From: Macrostomum lignano
Taxonomy: Eukaryota
Assembly (NCBI GenBank): GCA_002269645.1
Contig: NIVC01001523.1
Span: 210,183-274,182, forward strand
Direction of reading: 5' to 3'
DNA length: 64,000 bases
The notes beneath the pieces are model-generated. The model was given only the letters and a program-made list of their open reading frames with translations. It did not search any database and was not told where the DNA came from. This document shows, one piece after another, positions 1 to 13,350 of this stretch. The stretch's first letter is position 1; the number at the start of each line of letters is the position of its first letter. The position numbers and the translations under genes were made by a program.

Positions 1-699
1 TTTTTTATCAGCGATCCCTCCCCTGAGGAGGCATCAAATAATGTAATAAAAAGTTTTCAATAAACTACATGTAGCTTCTGACTTTAGCCTTGAAATCTCA
101 TTTATACCCCCGTGAGCCTTGACATCTCAGCTATTCCCCCCGTAAGCCTTAACATGTCAGCGATGGCCCCCATAAACCTTGAAATCTAAAAAATCCCCTG
201 TTATTCTGTTAACCTTGAAACCTGATAAAATATAACCCTCAACCCACACCTGACCTAAACCTAACTTTAACCCAACCTAAAGCCTTGAAATCTCAGCAAT
301 TCTTCTCCCCTAAGCCTTGACATTTTAGTGATTCCTTCTTTAAGAATCAAGCACTATAACGATTTCCACCAAGCTTTGACATCGTAGCAATTCCCAAATT
401 AATCTTTTAACTTGAACATGACTTTTCTTTTATGTATACGTAGTGCTACTTTTATTTTTTACATGACTCTTCTTCTATCAGCGCCCCCCGTGGCGAGCCA
501 ACAAAGAATGCAATAAAAAATGAGTAAAGTACATGAACTTTGAAGTAGCTTCTGACTTTTACTTTGACATCTCAGAAACCCCCCCCCGTAATCTCAGTTA
601 TTCTCTGAGAGCCTTTATGTCTCAGTTTTTTCTCCCCAGCACAGCATTATAGCTGCATTTAATTTTTACATGACACCCTTCATGTCTGACATGACGCTT

Positions 700-2140
700 C
701 TTTTATTCTACCATGATGCTTCTTAATTTTTTAAATGACACTTTCATTAGTTTTTAAATGAGGCTTCTATGATTTTTTCACGACGCTTCTATGATTTTTA
801 CATGACACTTCTATGATTTTTTACATGACGCTTCTATGATTTTTTACATGACGCTTCTATGATTGTTTACATGACGCTTCTATGATTTTTAAATGACGCT
901 TCTATGATTTTTTACATGACCCTTCTATGATTGTTTACATGACGCTTCTATGATTGTTTACATGACGCTTCTATGATTGTTTACATGACGCTTCTATGAT
1001 TTTAAATGACGCTTCTATGATTTTTTACATGACGCTTCTATGATTGTTTACATGACGCTTCTATAATTTTTAAATGACGCTTCTACAATTTTTTACATGA
1101 CACTTGAATGATTGTTAACATGACGCTTCTATGATTTTTTGCATGACGCTTCTATGATTTTTATATGACGCTTCTACGATTTTTTACATGGCGCTTCTAT
1201 GATTGTTTACATGACGCTTCTACGATTGTTTACATGACGCTTCTATGATTGTTTACATGACGCTTTTATGATTGTTTACATGACGCTTCTACAATTTTTT
1301 TACATGACGCTTCTATGATTGTTTACATGACGCTTCTATGATTGTTTACATGACGCTTCTATGATTGTTTACATGACGCTTTTATGATTTTTTACATGAC
1401 GCTTCTATGATTTTTTTACATGACGCTTCTATGATTTTTTACATGACGCTTCTATGATTGTTTACATGACGCTTTTATGATTGTTTACATGACGCTTCTA
1501 CAATTTTTTACATGACGCTTCTATGATTGTTTACATGACGCTTCTATGATTGTTTACATGACGCTTCTATGATTGTTTACATGACGCTTCTATGATTTTT
1601 TACATGACACTTCTATGATTGTTTACATGACGCTTCTATGATTGTTTACATGACGCTTTTATGATTTTTTACATGACGCTTCTATGATTTTTTTACATGA
1701 CGCTTCTATGATTTTTTACATGACGCTTCTATAATTGTTTACATGACGCTTCTATGATTGTTTACATGACGCTTCTATGATTGTTTACATGACGCTTCTA
1801 TGATTGTTTACATGACGCTTCTATGATTGTTTACATGACGCTTTTATGATTTTTTACATGACGCTTCTATGATTTTCACATGACGCTTCTATGATTTTTT
1901 AAATGACGCTTCAATGATTTTTATATGACGCTTCTACGATTCTTTACATGACGCTTCTATGATTGTTTACATGACGCTTCTATGATTTTTTACATGACAC
2001 TTCTATGATTTTTTACATGACGCTTCTATGATTTTTTACATGACACTTCTATGATTGTTTACATGACGCTTCTATGATTGTTTACATGACACTTCTATGA
2101 TTGTTTACATGACACTTCTATGATTTTTACATGACGCTTC
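700..2140. repeat. 23-25 bp minisatellite (ttgtttacatgacgcttctatga)
   Basis: Dozens of tandem copies, varying mainly in the T-run. Confidence 0.95.
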
Positions 2141-2736
2141 TTTTTAAAAAGTCTTAGTTTTCCTGACGTTGAAAAGCTTTAATTAAAAAAATTATACTCT
2201 ATGAAAATTCGAACCATCGTCTTTGCATTTAGCAGTTCGATCGATCGATCACATAGACACAGACAGACCATTTTTAGTATATAGTATTCTACTTTGCTTT
2301 TTTAGTATATTGGATTCTTCTTTGCTACTGAACTGAAAGTAGAAAGCTGTTTCACTAAGTATATATGCCTGAGTGGGCCCATCTAGTTATTTTAGAATCT
2401 GAGCTAAATCTAACCAACGATCCAATGTTTATGTAGCTTTCTAAGGATCTCCACCGTTCAATGGTTTTATTAAATCTTGATGATCTCGCTTACACAGGAT
2501 GTCTCTCTCGTACACTCTCTGTGCCTTTGGGGTTGGCCTACGTGGTTGTGAAACGCAGGAAAATCGCAGTGGAGGGGGGGGCAATTTTTTCTTCCACACC
2601 AATATGCCCAATATGAATATGTCTGAGTACAGAATCCAATAACTAATTCGAACCTAGGATGTGGCGTTAGTGTCAGATCTCTACACTACATAAAGCATAT
2701 CTAATATCGTGTTTATAATGCCTAACTATCTATAAG

Positions 2737-3210
2737 GTGGCCCGGATAAATCGCAACCGGTGTCAGCACTGCCGATTTCGAAAATGCCTCGCCGCCGGCA
2801 TGTCGAAGGACTCCGTACGCTACGGTCGGGCTTCGTCCAGCACCGCCGTCACTGCCGCTGCCGCCGCCGCCGCTGCTGCTGCAGTTGCTGTTGCAGTTCC
2901 TGTTGCATCGTCTGCTTCTACGCCGACTGCCGTAGCCTCAATCGGAGCCAGTGCCGTGGCTGCTCCCGCTACTACGGCGTCGTCTTCAGCGACTTCGCCG
3001 TCTCCGACGACGCCGAGCGGCGGTTCAGCATCGGCGTCGACTTCGTCAGCTATGGAGAAGCTCGACTGCAGCTTCTGGGGCGACGGCCAGATGCAGCAGC
3101 AACTGGACCAGCTGGCTGCGACTGTTCATCAAGCATTCGGCTCCGCTAGCGGCTACAGCCACTGCCGCGCTGGGGGCCTGATGGTGGGCCAGGCCCGCCA
3201 CGTCACTCTG
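2737..3210 (+). CDS. Eip78C: E78-like (NR1E) nuclear receptor, internal exon: end of second C4 zinc finger plus Ala/Ser-rich hinge
   Basis: Acceptor tataag|GTG at 2736/2737. Translation [31 protein letters not shown] matches the NR1 DBD end, and SVRYGR is E78-like. Donor ctg|gtgagc at 3211, phase 0. Upstream DBD exon(s) not found in the window. Confidence 0.88.
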
Positions 3211-3220
3211 GTGAGCCTTT

Positions 3221-3319
3221 GTCTGTCTGTCTGTCTGTCTGCCTGTCTGCCTGTCTGCCTGTCTGTGTGTCTGTCTGTCTGTCTGCCTGTCTGTATGTCT
3301 GTCTGTCTGTCTGTCTGCC

Positions 3320-3360
<41 letters not shown>

Positions 3361-3363
3361 GCC

Positions 3364-3448
<85 letters not shown>

Positions 3449-3523
3449 GCCTGTCTGTGTGTCTGTCTGTCTGCATGTCTGCCTGTCTGTATGTCTGTCT
3501 GTCTGTCTGTCTGCCTGTCTGCC

Positions 3524-3560
<37 letters not shown>

Positions 3561-3607
3561 GCCTGTCTGCCTGTCTGTGTGTCTGTCTGTCTGTCTGCCT
3601 GTCTGTG

Positions 3608-3644
<37 letters not shown>

Positions 3645-3727
3645 GCCTGTCTGCCTGTCTGTGTGTCTGTCTGTCTGCCTGTCTGTGTGTCTGTCTGTCT
3701 GTCTGTCTGCGTGTCTGTCTGTCTGCC

Positions 3728-3760
<33 letters not shown>

Positions 3761-3799
3761 GCCTGTCTGCCTGTCTGTGTGTCTGTCTGTCTGTCTGTG

Positions 3800-3874
<75 letters not shown>

Positions 3875-3875
3875 G

Positions 3876-3914
<39 letters not shown>

Positions 3915-3975
3915 GTGTCTGTGTGTCTGTCTGTCTGTGTGTCTGTCTGTGTGTCTGTCTGTGTGTCTGTCTGTG

Positions 3976-4030
<55 letters not shown>

Positions 4031-4150
4031 GTGTCTGTCTGTCTGTCTGTCTGCCTGCCTGCCTGTCTGTCTGTCTGTCTGTCCGTCTCTCTGTCTGTCT
4101 GTCTGTCCGTCTCTCTGTCTGTCCGTCTGCATGTCCATCAGTCTATCTAT
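3221..4150. repeat. (GTCT)n compound microsatellite in an E78 intron
   Basis: Starts about 10 nt after the donor; source of the SVCL/TDRQ ORFs. Confidence 0.97.
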
Positions 4151-5143
4151 CTGATTATGCACTGTGCTAAAACCCTGAGTGTGTCCAATCTTTTGTAAAA
4201 ATTGTCGATCCGTTCTATTTCATATTTTTTTGTTGAAACGAAATTGTGGTGAATTTCAAACACTGAATAATTTCGTCATCACCAGCTGGTACTTGTTTCG
4301 AAAATCGGCAGTTCGGTTCTCCTCAATAGTTCGGTAGCAAAATAAGCTTCAGTCAGCGATTCGCGGTACTCGGCTGGCGGCTGGCCACTTTGAAGATCAA
4401 AGAGAGTGAGAGAGGAAGAGAGAGAGAGACATAGGGGTCAATGCAATAAAAGTTATGTTTGGTAGGCTTGTAGGTGGGGTTTGAATTAGATTATGCACCT
4501 ACCCAGTGCGCTCTTGGCAATTGGCCAGCAGTATTATTAGAAAGTGGCTAGCAACAAGTTTTAGCCTAGCTGCGGTGCATTCGAAAGAGGCCTTTATTGC
4601 GGGGATGGGGCGCCAGAGGCTGGAGCTGTGATTTATAACCCGTGTATCTATTGGTATCCTGTCCCTTACTGCCGTCACTTGTGTTAGCTTATCTCTACCA
4701 ACCTGGCGTTTTCTGTTTCTGATATATTGCTGTTGTCTCGTAATGCAGCAAAAGTTGGTTTTTAATTACACAACAGTTAATGTGGCTACTAAGTTGTAAT
4801 TTATTCCCATGCTAAAATAATAGTTATTAGTAGTGGTAGTACTCATCTTAAAGTGTATAACGCAACATATCGGCAATAAAAGTCATAGCTACTAGTGGTT
4901 GTCATCTGCAAAGTGTATTACGCGGCTTTACGCCACATATCGGAATTAAAATTCATAGTTACTAGTGGTGGTTATCTGGAAAGTGTATTGCACAACATAT
5001 CGGTGCTAATGTCATACCTATTAGTAGTGATATACCTACAAATTATAGAACGCTACATATCGTCAGTAATGTAAGTCAATCCTGAGCTGCACTATTCCGC
5101 CATTCATGATTATTACGCCTATTATTTCCATTCGCTCACCCAG

Positions 5144-5567
5144 GTGCCGGAGGGCCGCGGCCTGAGACCGGACGCCCTAGACGAGCACCGGTTGTGCATG
5201 CACCAATCGCTGGCTCACCTGTTGCTGCCCTGCATCGAGCAGACTGTCGATTTTGCCAAACGCGTGCCCGGCTTTGCCAAATTCACCCAGGACGATCAGC
5301 TGACGCTCATCAAGTCGGCATTTTTTGAACTATGGCTGCTACAGGTGTCGCCGCATCAGATTGCGGCCGTGGATCAGGGCCACCTGCAGGGCATAGTCAG
5401 CAAGATTCTGTTTCCAAGCGGGCAGCTTGTCAATCAACAGGAGTTGGATTTTGTCTGGTCGCCGCCGCTTGTTGCTAAAATTGCTGAATTGATGCAAATT
5501 TTGAGCAGTCTGCAACTAACCGAGTGTCAACTGGCCCTGCTCTGCTCTGTTGTGCTCACTAGGCCTG
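5144..5567 (+). CDS. Eip78C: E78-like nuclear receptor, ligand-binding domain exon
   Basis: Acceptor cccag|GTG at 5143. LBD signature IEQTVDFAKRVPGFAKFTQDDQLTLIKSAFFELWL resembles E78 (FAKRVPGFxxFTQDDQLILIK). Donor cctg|gtgagt at 5568, phase 1. Confidence 0.9.
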
Positions 5568-5654
5568 GTGAGTCCGCTTCTTCTTTTATCTTTAATAGCT
5601 CAACAAGTTTTGCCATGCAGTTGGTCTAACTAAAATCCGACCTCATCAAGCTCA

Positions 5655-6015
5655 CCCATCCCACCTCCGGTCCACCCATCACACCTCCGGTTCACCCACC
5701 CCACCTCCGGTCCACCCATCACACCGGTTCACCCACCCACCTTCGGTCCACCTACCCCACCTCCGGTTCACCCACCCCACCTCCAGTTCACCCACCCCAA
5801 CTCCGGTTCACCCACCCCACCTCCAGTTCACCCACCCCACCTCCAGTTCACCCACCCCACCGTTTTATCCACCCACCTCCAGTTCACCCACCCCGCTTCC
5901 AGTTCACCAACCCTACCTCCAGCTCACCCACCTCACCTCCAGCTCACCCACCCCGCCTCCAGCTCACCCACCCCGCCTCCAGCTCACCCACCCCACCTCC
6001 AGCTCACCCACCCCA
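5655..6015. repeat. About 21-bp C-rich minisatellite (ccacctccagttcacccaccc)
   Basis: Tandem copies running into the acceptor at 6023. Confidence 0.9.
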
Positions 6016-6023
6016 CCCCGCAG

Positions 6024-6316
6024 ACCGAGCCGGCCTGTCCAACCCAGACGACGTGTCAGCCAATCACAGTCGCCTTCTAGCGGCGCTGCATCAGCAGCTG
6101 GACATTTCGAAAGCCTCAACACCAGCCGAATCATCGTTGAAGCAGCAACAGCAGCTGACTGCGGGCCTGCAGACGGCTATCCGACAGGCCAGCAGCATAG
6201 GCCTATCAATGCAGCACTGCATACAGTGGTACAGGGACAACTGGCATCGAACTTATCTGCCTCCTTTGTACGCTGAAATTTTTGATATCAGAAAAAATTC
6301 CGAGCACACCACGTGA
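6024..6316 (+). CDS. Eip78C: E78-like nuclear receptor, terminal exon
   Basis: Acceptor ccgcag|AC at 6023 completes (P)DRAGLSNPDDV. Ends LPPLYAEIFDI...TGA (AF-2-type helix). AATAAA at 6468 and 6549. Confidence 0.88.
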
Positions 6317-8189
6317 CGACGGACTTGTTCGCATTGTTCATTATGAAATCTGTAAACATTATCAGGGATTTTTTGATGCGCAAGGCAGCAAAGCATTATC
6401 ATTTCCCTATATTAGTGTACTATACATACTACTGTCTTAGTTTCAATTTTGTTAGTAGTACAAGTTGAATAAAGATAATATGAAGACGGATTTATTGGCG
6501 ATTACAGGCTCTATATTAAATGTGTATTTCTAAATCATTTATTTATACAATAAAAAAGCACACATTATTGTTGCTTTAATTTTTTTAAATTATATATATA
6601 TATATATATATATTCATTATCGATTCATTGTGTACACATTATTGTGGCTTGTTAATTATTATTCGACACTTATATAGCTTTAATCCTCATTATTGTTTTT
6701 TTCAAAAGTTCGCTTACTGCTACACACACACATAGCATCGTGGATTATTTGAAAGAGAAAGAGCTAAACAAATTCGAATGGTACTGTCTACTAGTAGTAG
6801 TACGCTACGCGTGTTTTTTGCAATTTTCCAGCAAACGCTGAAAATTTTCTACTTATTTATTGGCTTCCTTGTTGCTTGCTATCTTAATAAGCACTTAATT
6901 TCATTTTGCCTTGCCATTGTTCACATTCGCATGCCTGTCTGCTTACAATTACCTCTCATTGCAACTCGCATTAAACATACATTTTATCTTTGTCCTGTCC
7001 CTAAAACTCCCGCAATACACCTTTCTCGTTCTTCTCCTTCCCATATCCCCTTGTTTTTCCCATATCCCCTTTTGTTCCCAATATCCCCTTTCTCCCAATA
7101 TCCCCTTGTTCTCCCCATATCCCTTTTCTCCCCATATCCCCTTTCTGTATCTTGCATTCTCTTCATATCCCTTCTCATTTAATCTTCCCATTTCCCAGTC
7201 CGTCTCTGCTCGCTACCTCTGCGCGTTGGACAAAACTCTCAGGGGTGTTCGTGTTATTATCTAATTTATCCTCATTTGGATTTGATCGCACGTGTTTTTG
7301 GGAATAATTATCCCCATAAATCTATTGTTAGTGCTTGTAACTGTCTGCGCCGCGCTCTCTCTACAGGGATTTAGCTTTAATATCTATGAATGCAAAGCAG
7401 GAAAACACGAATTTTTTTCCTCATCGATTTTTTCAATCATTAATCTTTTTTGCGCGCTTGTCTGTGTTTTTAAAATTTATGAAGCCGCAACAAGTTTTTT
7501 TTTATATAACAAATTCGGCACCTCAAGCAAACGTTTTGATCAGGTAAAACAAATTTTTTCCTAGTTCCTTTTTTCAAGACTTTTACAAACTGACATTAGT
7601 GACAATATATGTATTGTGTGTACAGTGTCGCAATAACTTAATTAACAGTTTTCTGTCATTAAACAGTTTGTTTTAATTTAATTTAATTGTTATTTCTCTT
7701 ATTATTTTTCTTCGGGGTAGCCTTCCACTGCGCTACCTCAAGGCTTATTAATAAATTAGTAACGTGAATTTAGTATGCAGGCTTATGCATTACTCAGGTA
7801 CGGCATTAGTGCTTGTTTAAGCATGGATCGACCACAGATACTGGAATAACTAGATGGGCCACTCAGCACATTTGCATGTAAGCTACTTTCAGTTCAGTAG
7901 TCAGTTAAACAGAAGCATTTTAATTTATTTTTAAAGCCAAGGCTCATTTATTGGCTCTTAACCCCCCCTGATAGCCTTAACCCTCCAACCGCGCCTTTCC
8001 ACACTACCCCCCCCCCATTTTTATTGCCTTTCTCGGAATTCCAGCCTAAAGCTGCCATGTACATTTCAGTGGACTGGCCAATGTACATTACTGCTGAACC
8101 AATTAGCAAGTTGTTTACGCCTGCAAGCTTGGGCTTCTAAACTTATCAAAGTCATTTCAGCTGCCTTTATTTTTATAAAATAACTATAG

Positions 8190-8300
8190 TATTCTTCTTA
8201 GCTACTGAAATGGAAGTAGAAAGCTGTTTCACTAAGTATATATGCCTGAGTGGCCCATCTAGTTATTTTAGAATCTGTGGGATAGACAGACAGACAGCAA
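8190..8300 (+). mobile_element. Dispersed hairpin-containing element (other copies: 2315-2400 +, 7823-7930 -, 58345-58455 +, 57505-57540 - partial)
   Basis: Shared sequence ctactgaa(c/a)tg(a/g)aagtag...ctgagtgg(g)cccatctagttattttagaatctg in several places and on both strands. Followed here by (GACA)n. Confidence 0.65.
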
Positions 8301-9370
8301 TATGCCACAACAGCTATTATACTTATCAATATTTATAGCAATTTCATTCATGAAATTAATTTTGTCTAAATTCTGATAAAATTGCGTTTTGTTAATTCTG
8401 TTTTGATTTAACGAGTGCCTCTGCACTAGTCTGTATTTATTGATTTATTAATATTATTGATACTAATTTACTACTGATGCTCACTACTGCCGCTAAGGTC
8501 TATTATTGATTTGTTTTATACCTTCTGTATAATCTGTACACAATTTAATTTTTGCTCACTTGGCTGTCAAAATTGATTTTCTTTTATTTTGCCTTTTTAA
8601 AGCTTTGTTAGTGCAACAATATTCTCATTTATCAGTAAGATTCATGACTAATCATAGTTTGATCTTATGACTCATGATGAGGCTCATGATCGGTCATAAA
8701 CAATGGCTTTTTGGTCATTTGGAGTTCGTGATAGGTCTTAGATAATCTTATCGGTCATAGTCGAGTTCTCTATAGGTCATAGTTGATCTTATCGGTCATA
8801 ATAAGATTTTAAATTTATCATTAGGTAGCTAATCTTATTGCTCCTACCAAGGGTCATGAGTCCAATCGATAATCCAATAAGTAATCTTAATCCAATCTAT
8901 CAGTCTGTGCATTGTTGGTCCACTGAAGGCTTTTAAGTAATTGAATTTCTACACTTCCAAATACTGACTACTCTAAGCAATAAATTGTGCGCATCTTTAT
9001 TCATTATATAATATAACTCTATTATTGGCTCCACCATTATAATAATGAAAAATTTGATTTTCACCTGTTTCTGATTTTGCTTGCTCACTGGAGTCAGTAA
9101 GTGCTTTTTTTCTTAGTTCCAATGTAAATCCATCTTACTTGATTGACAGCTTGCGTATGATGCTACTTTGTCAGTTTAACAAAAACAATAAACTCAAATA
9201 TATCGCCGTACAGCTTGTTTGTCTCCTTAATTGGCGTATTAAGCATGTGTGCGTTTCTGGTGACATTCTTGATCTTCTTCTCGTGTGCTAAATTAAAAAC
9301 TTTAACAACTCAGTGTTCTCAGTTTGTTTTCTGCTATTTTACAGAGGGCTGTTGGGGGAAGGCAGGGCAG

Positions 9371-10792
9371 GGAGATTCCCCCCGTGAGCCTTGACATCTC
9401 AGCAATTCCCCCAATGAGCCTTGACATCTCAGCAATTCCCCCCGTGAGCCTTGACATCTCAGCAATTCCCCCCGTGAGCCTTGACATCTCAGTAATTTCC
9501 CCCGTGAGCCTTGACATCTCAGCAATACCCCCTATGAGCCTTGAAATCTCAGCAATACCCCCTATGAGCCTTGAAATCTCAGCAATACCCCCTATGATCC
9601 TTGAAATCTCAGCAATACCCCCTATGATCCTTGACATCTCAGCGATTCCCCCAATGAGCCTTGACATCTCAGCGATTTCCCCAATGAGCCTTGACATCTC
9701 AGCGATTCCCCCCGTGAGCCTTGACATCTCAGCAATTCCCCCAATGAGCCTTGACATCTCAGCGATTCCCCCAATGAGCCTTGACATCTCAGCAATTTCC
9801 CCAATAAGCCTTGACATCTCAGCAATTCCCCCAATGAGCCTTGACATCTCAGCGATTCCCCCCGTGAGCCTTGACATCTCAGCAATTTCCCCAATAAGCC
9901 TTGACATCTCAGCAATTCCCCCAATGAGCCTTGACATCTCAACGATTCCCCCCGTGAGCCTTGACATCTCAGCAATTTCCCCAATAAGCCTCGACATCTC
10001 AGCAATTCCCCCAATGAGCCTTGACATCTCAGCGATTCCCCCAATGAGCCTTGACATCTCAGCAATTTCCCCAATGAGCCTTGACATCTCAGCAATACCC
10101 CCAATGAGCCTTGACATCTCAGCAATTCCCCCAATGAGCCTTGACATCTCAGCAATTCCCCCAATGAGCCTTGACATCTCAGCGATTCCCCCAATGAGCC
10201 TTGACATCTCAGCGATTCCCCCAATGAGCCTTGACATCTCGGCAATACCCCCAATGAGCCTTGACATCTCAGCAATTCCCCAATGAGCCTTGACATCTCA
10301 GCGATTCCCCCAATGAGCCTTGACATCTCAGCAATACCCCCAATGAGCCTTGACATCTCAGCAATTCCCCCAATGAGCCTTGACATCTCAGCGATTCCCC
10401 CAATGAGCCTTGACATCTCGGCAATACCCCCAATGAGCCTTGACATCTCAGCAATTCCCCCAATGAGCCTTGACATCTCAGCGATTCCCCCAATGAGCCT
10501 TGACATCTCAGCAATACCCCCAATGAGCCTTGACATCTCAGCAATTCCCCCAATGAGCCTTGACATCTCAGCGATTCCCCCAATGAGCCTTGACATCTCA
10601 GCGATTCCCCCCGTGAGCCTTGACATCTCAGCGATTCCCCCAATGAGCCTTGACATCTCAGCGATTCCCCCCGTGAGCCTTGACATCTCAGCGATTCCCC
10701 CAATGAGCCTTGACATCTCAGCGATTCCCCCCGTGAGCCTTGACATCCCAGCGATTCCCCCAATGAGCCTTGACATCTCAGCGATTCCCCCT
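9371..10792. repeat. 30-bp minisatellite (ccccaatgagccttgacatctcagcaattc)
   Basis: Roughly 47 tandem units with a 1-bp deletion near 10281. Degenerate units also at about 60-400. Confidence 0.97.
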
Positions 10793-10944
10793 ATGCGAAG
10801 CCTTTCTATCCGGCCCTGGGGTCCTTTCAAATTTTAAAATATTGATACTTCGCAATCTGTCTTGCTGAAGAGTGGTGTTTCTACTCTCCCATCCTCTCGT
10901 CTCTCCTTTATTTCCTTGCCTCTCCTTTCTCGTATCTTTCTTCA

Positions 10945-10990
<46 letters not shown>

Positions 10991-11029
10991 ATAACTATTA
11001 ACTATTATTAGCACGACATTCGAGCGATC

Positions 11030-11620
11030 GAGCTTCTTGATGCCAGAACAAGCTCTCCCAATGAGATCTTTGCCTCTTTCCCACACCCCTGCGATCCCGG
11101 CATTCAGATTTCAGCCTTCTTGGATGTGCCGCACATGTTGAAGCTGATTCGAAATCATTGGCAGTCCCTGGGAGCATTTTTTGGCCGGACAGAGTAAATA
11201 TTGATTGGAAATATGTGTGCACGTTGCAGCAAGTGCAGGAAAGCCACGGACTCAGACTGGGCAATAAGCTGAGCAGGCATCACATTACGAATAAAATGGC
11301 TCTAAGAGCTGTCAACGTACTATAATGCAGGCGCAGGTGTGCGAAGAATGTTGAAAGTTGTTGAATGTGAGCTCAGTGCAGGTCAGCTTTGACTGCCAGC
11401 TCGGGGATGTCACCAGCTTTTTGTGTCCCTTGCTCACTTGTTGCCTTGAAAAATGTTTTGAACGAGAAAGGAACTGGCGGCTTGATTTTTCCCAGCCGCG
11501 ATGTCTTTCGTGTCTGATGTCTGAAAGAATTTTCACGTACAGGAAGGAGACAACTTTCGATCAGCGATATTTCCTAATTTTTAAGTCCATTCGGAACCAG
11601 GTGGGCTGTTTTAAGCTCTT
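11030..11620 (+). mobile_element. Degenerate P-element/THAP9-like transposase fragments
   Basis: Reads FPHPCDPGIQISAFLDVPHMLKLIRNHW, then after a frameshift IDWKYVCTLQQVQESHGLRLGNKLSRHHI, then KGTGGLIFPSRDVF. These motifs occur in the order typical of P/THAP9 transposases, interrupted by stops and deletions. Confidence 0.8.
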
Positions 11621-12791
11621 ATTATTGTTTCTATTATATCTGCAACAACAAAAAAACGACTCATTTTGTCTGCAAGCATGTACGTTTTTTAGTTTTTCAT
11701 AAATAAACCATAAAAATAGTGCTGCATGTTTAAACTGTTGAAGGCTTTATACTTGATACATATTTCAGCACATAAAGCTGGTTAAATGGTTAGCAATCTG
11801 CTTCCCACGGCAAAAGGGATCAATAATTAATACAGCGAGCCACATGATTGAGAGGTATGATATTGGAAGGGAAGCCCTTGCCTTGCCATCGATCGTGTCA
11901 CGTGAGGGGGTGCAGACAGTTGGGGTACCATTAGAGACGAGTATAATTTTGGCCATAAACTTTTCCGTAAAATTTTCCGGCAACTAATTCCGTCAAACAG
12001 AAAGCTACATTTCTACTTGCATACACATTTTAGCGTACAGATAAAACAGACGTAACATTAGGCCGTATGAATAAAGTGAGCAGTTGCTCAAACTCAAACA
12101 TCGACTCCGGTCTGCATGAATAAAGTGAGCAAGAGCTCATGAGCATTTGCTCAGGAGTAAGAACTTACTTAAGAACTTAAGTAAGAACTTAAGCACTTAC
12201 TTCTGTCAGTATGAATTAAAACCGGACCATAAATTATGAAGCATCTGCTCAAGAAAAAGTGAGGCTGCCCTAAAGCTGACTCCAGACGGTAAAAACCACT
12301 TTTTCCATTTTTTCTCTTTCTGTTTTTTTTCTTTTTTCAAATAAGAGCGCAAACGAGCCCAGACAGGCAATGCTGCTTGGATAACGCAATATTGTTACAC
12401 TTATTGTTCTGTGGCGCGTGAGTCAGCTATCGAGCTGGCTGGCTTGGGCAAACCGACCAGCAGCCAGTCGTGCGGGGCCTGCGTACAAGCCCCGTACATT
12501 TATAGAGCTCGTCATTCATTCTGCTACAACAAACGACTTAAAGACTGTTAAAGCTTTTTTCACACTGGTTGAAGTTTGCTACACCTTTAGATTTTTTCAA
12601 TCTTCATCGTAAGATTTCATAAACAGTTTTGTATTCATAAGTTTGTAAATGATTTTTCTGTGCATGTCTCCTATAGCCCATGTATATCATATTAGGAGTT
12701 GAATTTATAGTATTAAATTAAATTAAAAATATAGTTTATTCCACAGATTCTGTGGTTTATTCCTTGCCTTTGACTTTCAGACTGAACTAAA

Positions 12792-12879
12792 ATGTCGTCG
12801 GGAAGAAAACGTCCTACTTCTCAAATAATCACTAGGTCCAAGTCTAAGCAGTCCAAGTCTCAGCCCGATCCTCAGCCCC
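12792..12879 (+). CDS. Putative first coding exon of an uncharacterised gene (basic, NLS-like N-terminus)
   Basis: Acceptor tgactttcag at 12780, ATG at 12792, MSSGRKRPTSQIITRSKSKQSKSQPDPQP, strong donor c|gtaagt at 12880. An upstream donor gtaaga at 12609 suggests a 5' UTR intron. Confidence 0.5.
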
Positions 12880-13143
12880 GTAAGTTAACAATTCCACTTT
12901 GACTTTCCACCTACTTACTTACTATCGACGGGGGGGCGCAGGCGGCGCGAATCCCCTATCGCCTATTGAATCCAGTATTAAATTGCCCCTATCGCAACCC
13001 CAAGGTAAAAGAGCTCAAGGATTAACCCTGGGGGTGAGTCCAGCCCCCGCCAGTAGTCGGCAGGTTCACAGAGGAGGCATCGGCGACCCTCATCGGGCCA
13101 GAGTCCCGAAGGCCACAGATGTTGCCCGGGGTGGTCAGCTTCA

Positions 13144-13350
<207 letters not shown>

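Noticed and set aside
240-285. Telomere-like CCTAA motifs
   Set aside because: Short and degenerate; not a (TTAGGG)n array.
3153-4198. Long SVCL/TDRQ ORFs (also 43713-44596, 42678-43267, 35513-35887)
   Set aside because: Translations of tetranucleotide microsatellites lying in introns defined by good splice sites.
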